From NCBI RefSeq assembly GCF_032444005.1, contig NC_091282.1:768056001-768120000 (forward strand): 64,000 bases of DNA, read 5' to 3'. Made by a program: the position numbers and the translations under genes. Position 1 is the first letter of the stretch. Each line of letters starts with the position of its first letter. The notes under the pieces are model-generated. The model saw nothing but the letters and a program-made list of their open reading frames with translations, ran no database searches and had not been told where the DNA came from. Source of the stretch: Ranitomeya imitator (Eukaryota). Below, piece after piece: positions 13,701 to 25,000 of this stretch.

Positions 13701-13933
13701 TCAGAAGGGGTGAGCCAGGTTTCGGTGATGGCGAAGAAGGAAAGTTTGGTAGTAACAAAAAGATCATGGATGTAGGAAAGCTTGTTGCAGACAGAGCGAG
13801 CGTTCCACAGAGCTCCTGTTAGTGGGGATGGGGAAGTGGGGGCTGGGTGAATGGGTATAAGGTTAGAGAGGTTACGGAAGGTGGTGATAGAGCGTGGATG
13901 GGAGATAGAAATGACTGTGGGGATGTGGTGAGG

Positions 13934-13996
13934 CGGACCAGGATTTGGAGAGATATCACCAGCAGTGAAAAGGAGCAGAGAAAGTGTTAGCAGGTG
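13934..13996 (-). other. 2A-like (StopGo-type) peptide motif ...LLTLSLLLFTAGDISPNPGP in frame with the L2 endonuclease
   Basis: Manual translation: GDISPNPGP = 13960-13934. This is 140 codons upstream of, and in frame with, the 13540 ORF, with no intervening stop. Confidence 0.8.
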
Positions 13997-14480
13997 GGAG
14001 CAGGAGAGGGCATGAGGTGGCTATCTTCTTGGAGACAGAGGATTGTATGTTAAGGAACAGTTTTGAGGAGGAGGTGAGGTGGATGGGGAGGATTGAAGAA
14101 GAGATGAACAGTTCTTTACTAGGTGTAGGGATTAGGGGAGTTAGCAGAAAGTGAAGGATTATAGGGGTGAAAGTGAAAACAAACACAAACATTGTTTACA
14201 GTGACTGTGTCCAGGTACCTTCAGTTCCCTTCAGGTTCTATTCTGGTTTTAATTCTACATTAATCTTCACACTTCTAGGACACATGGGAATCACACTGCA
14301 GACTGAAGTCTATGCAGACTTGTACTATGCAATATATGTACAACTAGGTGCATTCAGGTGTGAAGCACAGAGGAGTGGTCTCTGCTCATCTTGGTCAGAG
14401 AATTAAGGGTGGACCAGAGGCATACAATCAAGCATTGAGTAAACAAGGTCATAAATAACACTGGGGTTAGCTGAAAGGCA

Positions 14481-14952
14481 TACCATGTGAATGCTAGGAG
14501 CAGAGGAAAGTCTGTGTGGAAAGTTGGGTGATGTACTATGTGCACTTCATAGACAGACAAGGCAGGAGAGCAGGCTCGAGAGCTGGGTGCATGAACATAC
14601 CATGTGGATGCTAGGAGCAGAGGAAAGTCTGTGTGAAAAGTTGGGTGATGTACTATGTGCACTTCATAGACAGACAAGGCAGGAGAGCAGGCTGGAGAGC
14701 TGGGTGCATGAACATACCATGTGGATGCTAGGAGCAGAGGAACGTCTGTGTGGAAAGTTGGGTGATGTCCTATGTGCACTTCATAGACAGACAAGGCAGG
14801 AGAGCAGGCTGGAGAGCTGGGTGCATGAACATACCATGTGGATGCTAGGAGCAGAGGAACGTCTGTGTGGAAAGTTGGGTGATGTCCTATGTGCACTTCA
14901 TAGACAGACAAGGCAGGAGAGCAGGCTGGAGAGCTGGGTGCATGAACATACC
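14481..14952. repeat. Four tandem copies of a 117-bp unit in the L2 5' region
   Basis: The unit marker tac(catgtg) recurs at 14481, 14598, 14715, 14832 and 14949. The period of 39 codons keeps ORFs open on both strands. Confidence 0.92.
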
Positions 14953-17145
14953 TGTAGGAAGAATAGATATGCTGGTTAGAGTGCGATGGTGGCATATAGC
15001 AGGGCACAGTCTGAATACATCCTTCTGGTTTTAATTCTAAATTAATCTTCACACGTCTAGGACACACTTATAGGAATCACACAGCAGACTAAAGTCATTG
15101 CAGACTTGTACTATGCAATTTGAAAAACTGTGGCTTGCTCCTGCTCATCCTAACTCCCTGATCTGGAATAATTCCTACAATCCACCAGCGTGTGACCTCC
15201 TTGGCTCGATGGCCCTAACTAAAAGCATTTGGAAAACTTGTTCCAAAAAATTTAAACTTTCGTCCACAAACTCTCCTCTTACCTCATTTTTGTATCACCC
15301 AGGCTTCGCTGATAGTTTGACCCACCCAATGACGGGAGTGTCGTCTCACACAAATTTGTTCAACTTTGCTGATATTATAGATCATAGAACAAGATCCATA
15401 CTCCCATACCTAGAACTAAAAAGTAATCTATCCATACGGGGTCTCTCACTATTATATTCAAATTAGACACTTTGCCTTAACCACTTTCCAGGGTCTGCAG
15501 CTCTCCCTCCCAACCACTTTTGAAAGATTATTAAGAAAAGGTAAATCAACAAAGGGATTAATTTCCACATCATTCAAAAGCCTGATGCAGACTCCCTAAC
15601 GAGACATCCCTACATGCTTTAGTGGGAGAAATATTTGGGAAAAACCTTGACTGATGTAGATTGGGGACTTGTCTGGTCGAGAGCAGCTATATCGGCATCT
15701 TGTGTCACATATAAAGAAAACCAGTACAAGATCCTTAATTTCTGGTATCACACACCTGAATTCTTACATAGGCTGGACCCCTCTATCTCTCCCATCTGCT
15801 GGAGGTGCAACCTTTCGGGAGGATCGATCTTTCACATTTTCTGGGATTGCTCACTGATTAACCCATATTGGAAGCAGGTGCAGGAATTGATAGGCCAGGT
15901 CTTGGAGTTGACATTGCCTCTGGACCCCCAGATTTTTCTCCTTAACATTTTCCCTCCTTCCCTAACAAAAAAACTACTAGGCTCCTCTTCCACATCTTGA
16001 CGGCTGCCAGATGTTTGGTGCAAACTTCTCCCCCATCTACACTTGACTTATATGCCAGAATTAATGATGTTAGAAATTTTGAATGCCACGCAGCCCTGCA
16101 TAATGACACGATTGATAGATCTGATTCTATCTAGCTTCCTTGGGACTTTTTTTTGGCCTCAATAAATACATGAACCCGATTCTCTAGACTATATAGCCGC
16201 TCCCGGTCTTCCCTTTCTGATTTTCAGATACACCCCTCCCCCCCCACCCCCCCTGTTAACGTCCTGTCTTGTGTCTGTTAGGTTGGTCCCCCACTTTTGA
16301 GTATACCGATTAATGTATGCAATGGTTGAACATTCTGCTGGTGTATCATTCGTTATAATGCCACCTAATATAATGTCGGCAACATCTTACTGGTTCATTG
16401 ATTTGACAATTTATTGTTTGACACTGTTTTCTATAAGAAAATGTCGATATTCATGTTGTGTGTGCATCACTTTGGAAATGTTTATTTTCTTTATAAAAAA
16501 TAAATGGTGTTATCAAAATGAGAAATCGCTGTTTAACTTTTAACCCTTATAACTTCCTAACAAAACATTTGGTTCCAAAATTGTGCTGATGTAAAGTAGA
16601 GATGTGGGAAATGTTACTTACTAAATATCTTGTGTGACATATCTATGTGATTTAAGGGTGTGAAAATTCAAAGTTGAAAAATTGCAAACGTTTCAAAATT
16701 TTCGCTAAATTTCCGTTTTTTTCACAAATAATCGCAAGTCATATCAAAGAAATTTTACCTCTAACATGAAGTACAATATGTCTTGAGAAAACTCTGTGAT
16801 GTCAGAATCACTATGATCCATTGAAGCGTTCCAGAGTCATTACCTCATAAAGGGACAGCGGTCAGAATTGTAAAAATTGGCTTGGTCATTAACATGCAAG
16901 ACACCGTTGGGGGTAAAGGGGTTAAACATTTGTTTTTTGCTCAAGAATGAAGCACATTCCATAAACCCATCACCTGAGATTGTAGATGGGACCCCGGATA
17001 GTGATGACTCCTCTGGGTCTACTATCCCCATCCACACAATGGGTCTAGTCGCTGTGAGCACAATGGCTTGAGACCCTGAGATACAGATGAGATTAATAGA
17101 ATGATTGTTTTACATTTACCTTTAGAAATCTCTTGTCTGGTCTTA

Positions 17146-17882
17146 AGGTACCGTCACACTGAACGATATCATTAACGATATAGTTGCTTTTTATGACGTA
17201 GCAACGATATCGTTAACTAAATTGTTATGTGTGACAGCGACCAACGATCAGGCCCCTGCTGGGAGATCGTTGGTCGCTGGGGAAAGTCCAGCACTTTATT
17301 TTGTCGCTGGATCTCCCGCTGACATCGCTGAATCGGCGTGTGTGACGCCGATCCAGCGATGTCTTCACTGGTAACCAGGGTAAACATCGGGTTACTAAGC
17401 GCAGGGCCGCGCTTAGTAACCTGATGTTTACCCTGGTTACCGTTGTAAATGTAAAAAAACAAACACTATATACTTACATTCCCGGTGTCTGGTCATGTCC
17501 CTCGCCTTCAGCTTCCCGCACTGACTGGTGAGCGCCGGCCAGCCGTAAAGCAAAGCACAGTGGTGATGTCACCGCTGTACTTTACGGCCGGCGCTCAGTC
17601 AGTGCTGGAAGCTGAAGGCGAGGGACCTGACCAGACACCGGGAATGTAAGTATGTAGTGTTTGTTTTTTTACATTTACAACGGTAACCAGGGTAAACATT
17701 GGGTTACTAAGCGCGGCCCTGCGCTTAGTAACCGATGTTTACCCTGGTTACCCGGGGACTTCGGGATCGTTGGTCGCTGGAGAGCTGTCTGTGTGACAGC
17801 TCTCCAGCGACGAAACAGCGACGCTGCAGCGATCGACATCGTTGTCGGTATCGCTGCAGCGTCGCTTAGTGTGACGGTACCT
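17146..17882. mobile_element. PIF/Harbinger-type palindromic MITE, copy 1
   Basis: TIR AGGTACCGTCACACT, TTA TSD at 17143-17145 and 17883-17885, long internal inverted arms. Confidence 0.9.
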
Positions 17883-18109
17883 TTAGGTATGCATCAGATC
17901 CAGCCTTCACGTCTTCCTCTGCTTGCTGTCACTGAATGGAAACATTGGTTCCTGAGGCTGAACTGACGAGCAAGCAAATCTCTAATAACACAGCAAGCTA
18001 ATCTGTAATAAAACATAACAATATTGACGCAACCAGTGCTCTGTGCTGGAAAAGTCTGCATCCCGTTCTGCGGGCATTGGTCCAATAGTCTTTAGTAAGT
18101 GGAAAGCTC

Positions 18110-18603
18110 CTCACAGTAGGAAACCACTACTCTAGAGAAGGTCCCACACTTCAGGAAACCCCCACTCTAGAGGAGATCCAACTTGCAGGAAACCTCTACT
18201 CTAGAGAAGATCCCACTTCACAGGTAACACTCTAGAGGAGATTCCACTCCACAGAAGACCCCGACATCTGCTTCAGAGGAGGAGATCCACCCCGCAAGAG
18301 ACCCTTACACAGGGGAGATTCCACCCCACAGACGCTCCCCACTCCATAGGAAATCTAACCCCGCAAGAGACCCCCAGTCCAGATTAGTTCCCACCATCTG
18401 CTCCAGAGGAGATCTCACCCAACAGGAAACCCCCACTGCAGAGGAGATCCTACACCACAGGAGACCCCGATCCAGAGGATACTCTACTCTGCTGGAGATA
18501 CCCAACATCTGCTTCAGAGAAGATCTCACTCTGCAGGAGACCCCACCCATCTGCTGCAAAGGAGATCCTATGCTGCAGGAGATCCCCACCATCTGTTGCA
18601 GAG
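18110..18603. repeat. Degenerate ggagatcccacccc satellite, segment 2
   Basis: Same motifs as 4551-6010. It continues after the Harbinger element. Confidence 0.8.
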
Positions 18604-18953
18604 TAAGGCCGGCGTCACACTCGGCGTAAGACAATACGGTACGTATTTTACGGCCGTAATACGCGCATAATACGCCAAAATGTCCCTGAAATCTAGTTCC
18701 GTAGTTAATGCGTTGCCTAGGTGTGGTCGTGTATTTTGCGCATGTACTGTTGCGTGTGTAATCCGTATGTGATCCGTATGGCGTATTTTTTACGCAACAT
18801 GACAAAATGAACATTTAACGGTTTTCTTGCCTGCAAATCATTTAAATCATCATTAACATACACTATTTAAGCCCTCTATAACAGGTGGAACCCTCCCATC
18901 TGCCCATTTATTTGTGGAGCTTATTTTGGCTGTGTTGGTTTTACCTTCCAAAC

Positions 18954-20459
18954 ATGTCTGACCATGTGTCTTTAAGCACAACTCAGCGGGTGTTGTTTCA
19001 CTGGCTGTTGTCGCGTCGCTTTGGTCAGCCATATCCGGTGAATGTTGATCCGCGAAGGAGGAGACGAAGATTGTGGGTGCATCCTCTATTGACCCAACGC
19101 CTGAGTAAAGGACATTTTCAGAGGCTCTATACAGCTTTGAGGTCACATCCTGACAAGTTCTATCTGTATAGTCGCATGACCATCAGGACCTTTGATATGT
19201 TGTTGGAGATCATACGTCCATGTATCACGTATTAGGACACAAGGATGCGAAAAGCCATATCTGCTGAGGAGCGTCTTCTCCTAACCTTACGGTATGTATT
19301 CTACATTCTCACATACTGTATGTTGATGATATTTTTTTTTATGTGTTGTGTTCTAGCAGGTTTTTGAAAGTATAGGTGGACATTATGGCACAAGCACATC
19401 AACAAAACTGTGGTCAATGTTGTAGGAAAGTAACCAAGGGAAATGGAAATTTTTATATTGTAAATAATGTCTTTGTAAATATACTATGCACTTGTGCTTC
19501 TTCATGTTTTCTTTGTCCTCATTTAAAAAAACTAATATTATCTTTATTTGTCTTTCAGCTTCCTGTCCACAGGCTTGTCCTATGCGGGACTACACCTTGA
19601 GTTTCTGTTTGGGCGGTCGACAATTTCTGGCATTGTTCATTCAACCTGTTTTCAAATATGGGAGAAACTTCAGGAACTTGTGATGCCTGAGCCCAAACAG
19701 GATGATTGGCTCAAAATCGCCAGTGGATTCCAGAACACTTGTGACTTCCCTAACTGCATTGGAGCTGTGGATGGGAAACATATCAGGGTGCGTAAGCCGC
19801 CGAACTCTGGTTCCCAATTCTACAATTATAAGCAGTTTTTCTCTGTAGTTCTGTTAGCTGTTGCTGACAATAACTACAGGTTTGTAATTGTAGACATTGG
19901 GGCCTATGGGCGAACTGGAGACTCTAGGGTCTTCAATTCGTCCATAATGGGTCGTCGGCTACGTGACAACCAGTTAAACATCCCACCACCACAACAACTC
20001 CCAGGCTCCAATGCGGAAGCAGTGCCTTTTGTTTTGGTTGGAGATGAGGCTTTCCAACTGACGAGGCACGTCATGAGGCCTTATCCCAGGCGCAACCTGG
20101 ACCACGGGCGGAAGGTCTTGAATATGAGACTTTCCAGGGCGCGGAGACTGGTGGAGTGCGCCTTTGGGATTCTTGTTGCCAAATGGCGTGTTCTCCAGTC
20201 TGCCATTCAGCTCAGTGAGGCTACAATCAATGAAGTAATAAAAGCCTGTGTTATTTTGCACAATTTTACCCGCATACATGATTGTTCCTCAGCTAATATA
20301 TGTGATCACCTGATGAACAATGTGATTAGGCCTACCCCATATGTCCCTCCTCCGCGGCGTCCCCTTTCTGGGCTAAAAGTTCGTGATGTATTCACCAATT
20401 ATTTTTTGACTCCTCAAGGTGCGACTCCCTGGCAAGAATATGCAATTTTGCATGTGTAA
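18954..20459 (+). pseudogene. Harbinger (HARBI1-like) DDE transposase, 2 exons (18954-19291, 19559-20459), one premature TAG at 19233-19235
   Basis: A phase-2 GT-AG intron joins LLLTLR to FLSTG. Catalytic motifs GAVDGKH, GDEAF and RLVECAFG are intact. The single in-frame stop is in TY*DTRMRKAI. Confidence 0.9.
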
Positions 20460-20824
20460 TTTTGATTAATTATAAATGTTTTTTTTTTAATTCCAAAAAA
20501 TCTGTCTGTTGTATTTAATTAATTTACATATGGTAATGAGCCTAGCGTGTGTGTGATGTAATAATGATTGTTCGACATCCATAATTTTGTTTTTTAAAGC
20601 GTAGTTTTTACTTAATTTTTTTTTTTTTTAGGTTATTATTTTCTACTAAACTTTTTTTTATAACCTTTTTTATAGCCAAATTTTGAACTGGCAATATAAG
20701 CTTAAAACAAGACCAACATAACAAAGTGCTATGTCGGCACAAACATCAACAACATTTTGAAAAGAACATAACAAAAAAAATAAGCAAAATTTACAAACAA
20801 AATTTAAAAAACAAAACACAAAAA

Positions 20825-22647
20825 TCACAAATCTTGATAGGTAGGTGGTGGAGATGTGGGTAGGTCAGGGTCCTCTTCAGGTGGCCTTTGTAGGCCCAAT
20901 TGTCCTTCACCCTGTGAGGATGTGGTATTGGCTGGAGGAACATTAGGCCTGGTATGATGATGGGCAGTTGGCAAATTTGCAATTGGATTTTGAGGAAACC
21001 CCTGATGTTCCTGAACATATGGCCTGGAATCATACCCCAAACCAAAATGGCCATGTTGTCCAAACCCAGGTTGGGACCAGCCTCCAGCACTGGGTCTGGA
21101 CAAGTGGCCATATTGGGATGGTTGATGATATCCAGCCATATGGTACTGAGGTTGCCATGGTGGGTTGTGTGTGGGTTGTGGTTGAGGTGTCGGCTCACGT
21201 GGAGGGGGTGCTTCAGATCCCTGTTGAGCATGCACCTGTTGCAATCTTTGAGGCCGCAGGATATTTTGTGGTGACATCTGCCACTGTTCAATCATCTCCA
21301 TAAGCTGGTATGGGTTATTTGGGGGGGTGCATGCATCAATAAGGATCTGAATGCACCCTCTCACACGAAGCCTCAACTCACGCTCTATGGGCCTTAAATA
21401 CCGTGCCAGGCTCCTTGTAAAGCCCTCCTCACCATCATCCTCACGAACCCTTGCCAGGTAGTTCAACACCCCAGCATCGACATTTCTCCTACTTTGGAGT
21501 AGCTCTCTCCTGCGGCGAGCACGCTGTGAAAACAATGCAGCCTGTGGTGAGCGCTCCAGGGCAACAGTAGGGCTGCTGCTGTTTGCGTGCTCATCCTGGC
21601 TAGGTGGTGCTGCTCCTGCTGGTGCTGATGTAGACGGTGGTGCCTCTTCTTCTTGGGCTGGTGCTTCTGGAGCTGGCTGGGCGGATGAGGAGGATCCTGG
21701 AGGGATGGAGCCTGAGGGATCTGAAGATGGTCCAGCCACCTCTTCTCCTTCCCCAACTGGGTCTATGACCAACTCCGAATCTGACCCTGTCTCCCTGTCA
21801 GTGAGGTTAGACTGTGTTCTGTAATTTAAAAATATTTTGAGTACAAAATTGTTTTATATGAAAGTTTGAAAAAATAAAAAAGGTAGAAAATGTGTTGTGA
21901 GGTTTGTACTTACGGCCTGAGGTCCATGCTGGGGTTCAAGAAAGTTAATCTATCAAAATAGATATATATTTTTTTTTTCGGAGGTGCGCCTGCCCCACTC
22001 CTCTCACGCTGCTGCCTCTCCCTCCTATACTGATCGCGGATGCTCCGCCATCTTGTTGTAACATCACCCACTGAAACAAAAAACATTAAACAAATAGATT
22101 AGCCCATTATGCACAGTGGTCACACAAGGTGTAATTGACTACACAGATTTTAGTGTAGCATACGAATATGCATTTGTGGAATACATTTATTATTAACTTT
22201 GTTCAAATAAGACAATTTGAATGTAAGGCCACAAGGACAGAGTCCGCTACCCTCTATCCCAGAAAGATAAATTTTTGAAAAACATTGTTAAGGGACAAAT
22301 GTTAAAACCATTATTGTAATCCGTTTATCATGTACAGCACCATGTACGTACTGGTGTGCTTTCAATTAAGTTCTGTAATAATTAATAAATTCATGTTTAA
22401 AAATTCAAAGTAGTAAGGTACTGCTGTTTCACAAGAAAATTACATTACAAACATGAGTGTACTTACTTATTTGTCTCTGTGCCTCACGTGGCTGCTGCTC
22501 ATAATGTGGGAATAGGGACCCACACACACTCCTCCATGTTGCCTCTTTTTGGGCCCTGTTGGTGTAGTTTGGATCTCTTTGGTCCCAAATTACAGGCCTT
22601 TCTTGGACCAAAATAATAAGCATGTCCACATTGATAATGTGAGACAT
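20825..22647 (-). CDS. Harbinger Myb/SANT-like (MADF) DNA-binding partner protein, 3 exons (22647-22467, 22070-21914, 21818-20825), 443 aa, intact
   Basis: MADF motifs LVQERPVIWD..W, RWRSIRDQYRRE and YIYFDRLTFL. GT-AG introns with matching phases (1 then 2). Total 1332 nt = 444 codons including the stop. BESS-like segment FTRSLARYLRPI..VRGCIQILID. Confidence 0.88.
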
Positions 22648-23052
22648 GGTGAATCTCACTCCGTGGAGGCGTGCAGCAGACTTCCGGGTTCACTGTCTGG
22701 CTTTTTGAGCTAATTAGTATGTCTCACCTGCCTGATTGAGGCCTTTGGACATTTCTGGACATCTGCCAGTGAGTAGCGTATTTCTCGCAAGTCACACGCA
22801 TGGTCCGTATGCATTCTGTATTTTACGCTCCCCCATAGACTTTCATTGGCGTATTTTTTGCGCAATATGCTGACAAACGCAGCATGCTGTGATTTTGTAC
22901 GGCCGTTGAAAGCCGTATAATACGGATGCGTAATATACGGCTGATAGGACCTGACCCATTGGGAATAATTGGGCCGTTTGTTAGGCGTGTTTTACGGACG
23001 TATTTTATGCGCTCTTACGTCCGTAAAACTCGCTAGTGTGACGGCGGCCTAA

Positions 23053-23560
23053 AGCCTACCCCACAGAAGACGTTCACCATCTGTAGAGAAGATCCCACCC
23101 CGCAGGACACCACCACTCCAGAGGAGACCCACTCCACAGGAGACCTTCATTCCAGAAGAGATCCCACCTCACAGGAGACCCCCACCATTTGCTTCCGAGG
23201 AGATCTCACCCCACAGTAGACCCCCACTCTGGAGGAGATCATGCACCGCAGGAGACCTCATACCTTGGAGGAGACCACCACCTTAGAGAAAACCTGCATT
23301 CTACCCCAAAGGAAACCCCACCACAAGCCTGAGGTGAGCAACGTGTCAGAGGAGGCATTAAGTCTCAGAAGACCCCTGGATGGACTCCCCATCCCAGAGA
23401 AGACCCACTACCTCCACCCTGTAGGAGGCCCCAGAAAAGACCCCTCCACCTACAAGGAGACCCTCACCCTGTGGAACACCCCCCCCCCCCCCTCACCCTG
23501 AGGGAGGCTCCTCCAGAGGAGTTATCCACCTTTGCCCTAGAGGAGAACACCACCAAGGAG
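23053..23560. repeat. Degenerate ggagatcccacccc satellite, segment 3
   Basis: Continuation of segment 2 on the other side of the Harbinger TSD. Confidence 0.8.
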
Positions 23561-23944
23561 GAAGCCCCCACAGCCTGACTTGAATGAGATCCCCGTCTTC
23601 GTTCTGGATCCTGGTTGATATCACCACCCTCCGTCTAGGGGGAGACCCTGCCTCTCATTGCGGAGGAAACCCCAACCTGGAATATAGCACAAAATATATA
23701 ATGTTGGACTGCAAAATGCAGAAAGTAATGCAGAGTCCGTTTCCACTCAGGACAGGATGCAGATGTCCGTTGCTCCACAGTACACATCATCCGGGGGAAT
23801 AATCCTCTAGCACTACTGGTACAGGACAGACATCCAGTCGGAGTGTAAACTGATGAGGACCAATGTATTAGATTCATTGATAGACAGCCGCCGGCTCCTG
23901 CCACCACTACGCCGCTCCCCCTCCCCTGTCAGCGTTCTGGACAG

Positions 23945-24029
23945 CTGACTCGTGTATAAGCCGAGGGGAGCGTTTTCAACACAAAAAATTGTGCTGAAAA
24001 TCTCGGCTTATAGACAAGTATATACGGTA
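23945..24029. mobile_element. Terminus of a Tc1/mariner (Tigger/pogo-like) non-autonomous element
   Basis: ctcggcttatagacaagtatatacgg followed by TA, with an internal inverted copy ctcgtgtataagccgag. Only one end is seen. Confidence 0.55.
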
Positions 24030-24034
24030 CTTCA

Positions 24035-24480
24035 CGTGATCTAGACTCTATGCTTTTCTTAATACATCCTAGAACTGTGTTTGCCTTTTTTGCAGCTGCA
24101 TCACACTGTTGACTCATGTGCAGCCTGTGATCTATTAGTGTACCCCAGTCTTTTTCACATGTGCTGTTATTTAAGTCTATTCCTCCCATTCTCTAGATGT
24201 AATTTTCGTTTTTCTTGCCCAGATGTAGAATCTTGCATTTCTCTGTTAAATACCATTGTATTTTCGCTGCCCATTGTTCAAGCTGATCTAGATCCTTCTG
24301 AATCCTTTCTCTGTCTTCCCTAGTGTTAGCTATCCCTCCTAGCTTTGCATGGTCTGCAAATTTGATCAGTTTACCTTCAGTTCCCTTATATAGGTCACTT
24401 CTAAAAATGTTGAAAAACACTGGAGCCATTACAGAGCCTTGTGGTACCTCACTTGAAACACTTTCCAATTGAGTTTGAAA
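24035..24480 (-). mobile_element. CR1 LINE reverse-transcriptase fragment
   Basis: VPQGSV..FNIF..KLIKFAD..IQKDLDQLEQWA..KCKILHLG and CEKD..L.MSQQCDAAAKKAN..LGCI. Confidence 0.85.
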
Positions 24481-24489
24481 TTTTTCCAA

Positions 24490-25000
24490 TCTACTATATA
24501 ATTGTCTAAGGGTCACTTCCGTCTTTCTGTCCTTATGTCTGTCACGGATATTCATTCGTCGCCGCCTCTGTCTGTCATGGAATCCAAGTCGCTGATTGGT
24601 TGTGGCAAAACAGCCACGACCAATCAGCGATGGGCACAGTTCGGCAGAAAATGGCCACTCCTTCCTCTCCGCAGTCACTGCCCGGCGCCCGCATACTCCC
24701 TCCAGTCACCGCTCACATAGGGTTAATGCCGGCGGTAACGGACCGCATTATGCCGCGGGTAACTCACTCCGTTACCGCCGCTATTAACACTGTGACCAAG
24801 TTTTTACTATTGATGCTGCCAATGCAGCGTCAATAGTAAAAACATCTAATGTTAAAAATAATAAAAAAAATACAAAATCATTATATACTCACCTTCCGCC
24901 GCCTTTCCCGCTCCTCGTGACGCTCCGGTGACCGCTCCATGCAACCGGCAGGTTCCGGTGGCAATGATGGTATGCGACAAGGATCTGCCATGACGTCATG
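24490..25000 (+). mobile_element. 5' part of a non-autonomous Helitron (3' end not found)
   Basis: A|TCTACTATATAATTGTC start. 24490-24710 matches the reverse complement of ~49925-50134. The right boundary is approximate. Confidence 0.65.

Larger units (their letters stand above)
11074..15118 (-). mobile_element. L2-clade LINE, near full length but with deletions and frameshifts
   Basis: APE motifs GALWNARS, ITETWL, AVIYRPP, MGDFN, GHTLDLIF, SDH. RT motifs [31 protein letters not shown]. (AAT)n 3' tail at 11074. The L1 host sequence resumes at ~15120 (KWMEI...EKLWLAP). Confidence 0.9.
9699..16503 (+). mobile_element. 5'-truncated, frameshifted L1-clade LINE (RT to C-terminal CCHC region plus 3' UTR), interrupted by a MITE and an L2
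   Basis: RT motif GTRQGCPLSPLIF (9706 ORF), KYLGI/NL, C-terminal CWRC..HIFWDC (15635 ORF), A-rich end, TSD atggtgt at 9692-9698 and 16504-16510. Confidence 0.88.
8690..16921. mobile_element. piggyBac-type non-autonomous element with internal subrepeats, split by an L1 insertion (host parts ~8690-9698 and 16504-16921)
   Basis: Right end AAAGGGG|TTAA at 16921-16925. The two halves rejoin into sequence matching the uninterrupted copy at ~63340-63445. The left terminus was not found. Confidence 0.6.
18607..23049. mobile_element. Full-length two-gene PIF/Harbinger DNA transposon (4443 bp)
   Basis: TAA TSD (18604-18606, 23050-23052). TIR GGCCG(G/C)CGTCACACT. Convergent transposase and MADF/Myb genes. 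Subterminal TACGG repeats. Confidence 0.95.

Noticed and set aside
17370-17440. X-box-like GTAACCAGGGTAAAC motifs repeated in each Harbinger MITE
   Set aside because: The spacing and half-sites deviate from the RFX consensus, and the motif is a generic part of a high-copy MITE.
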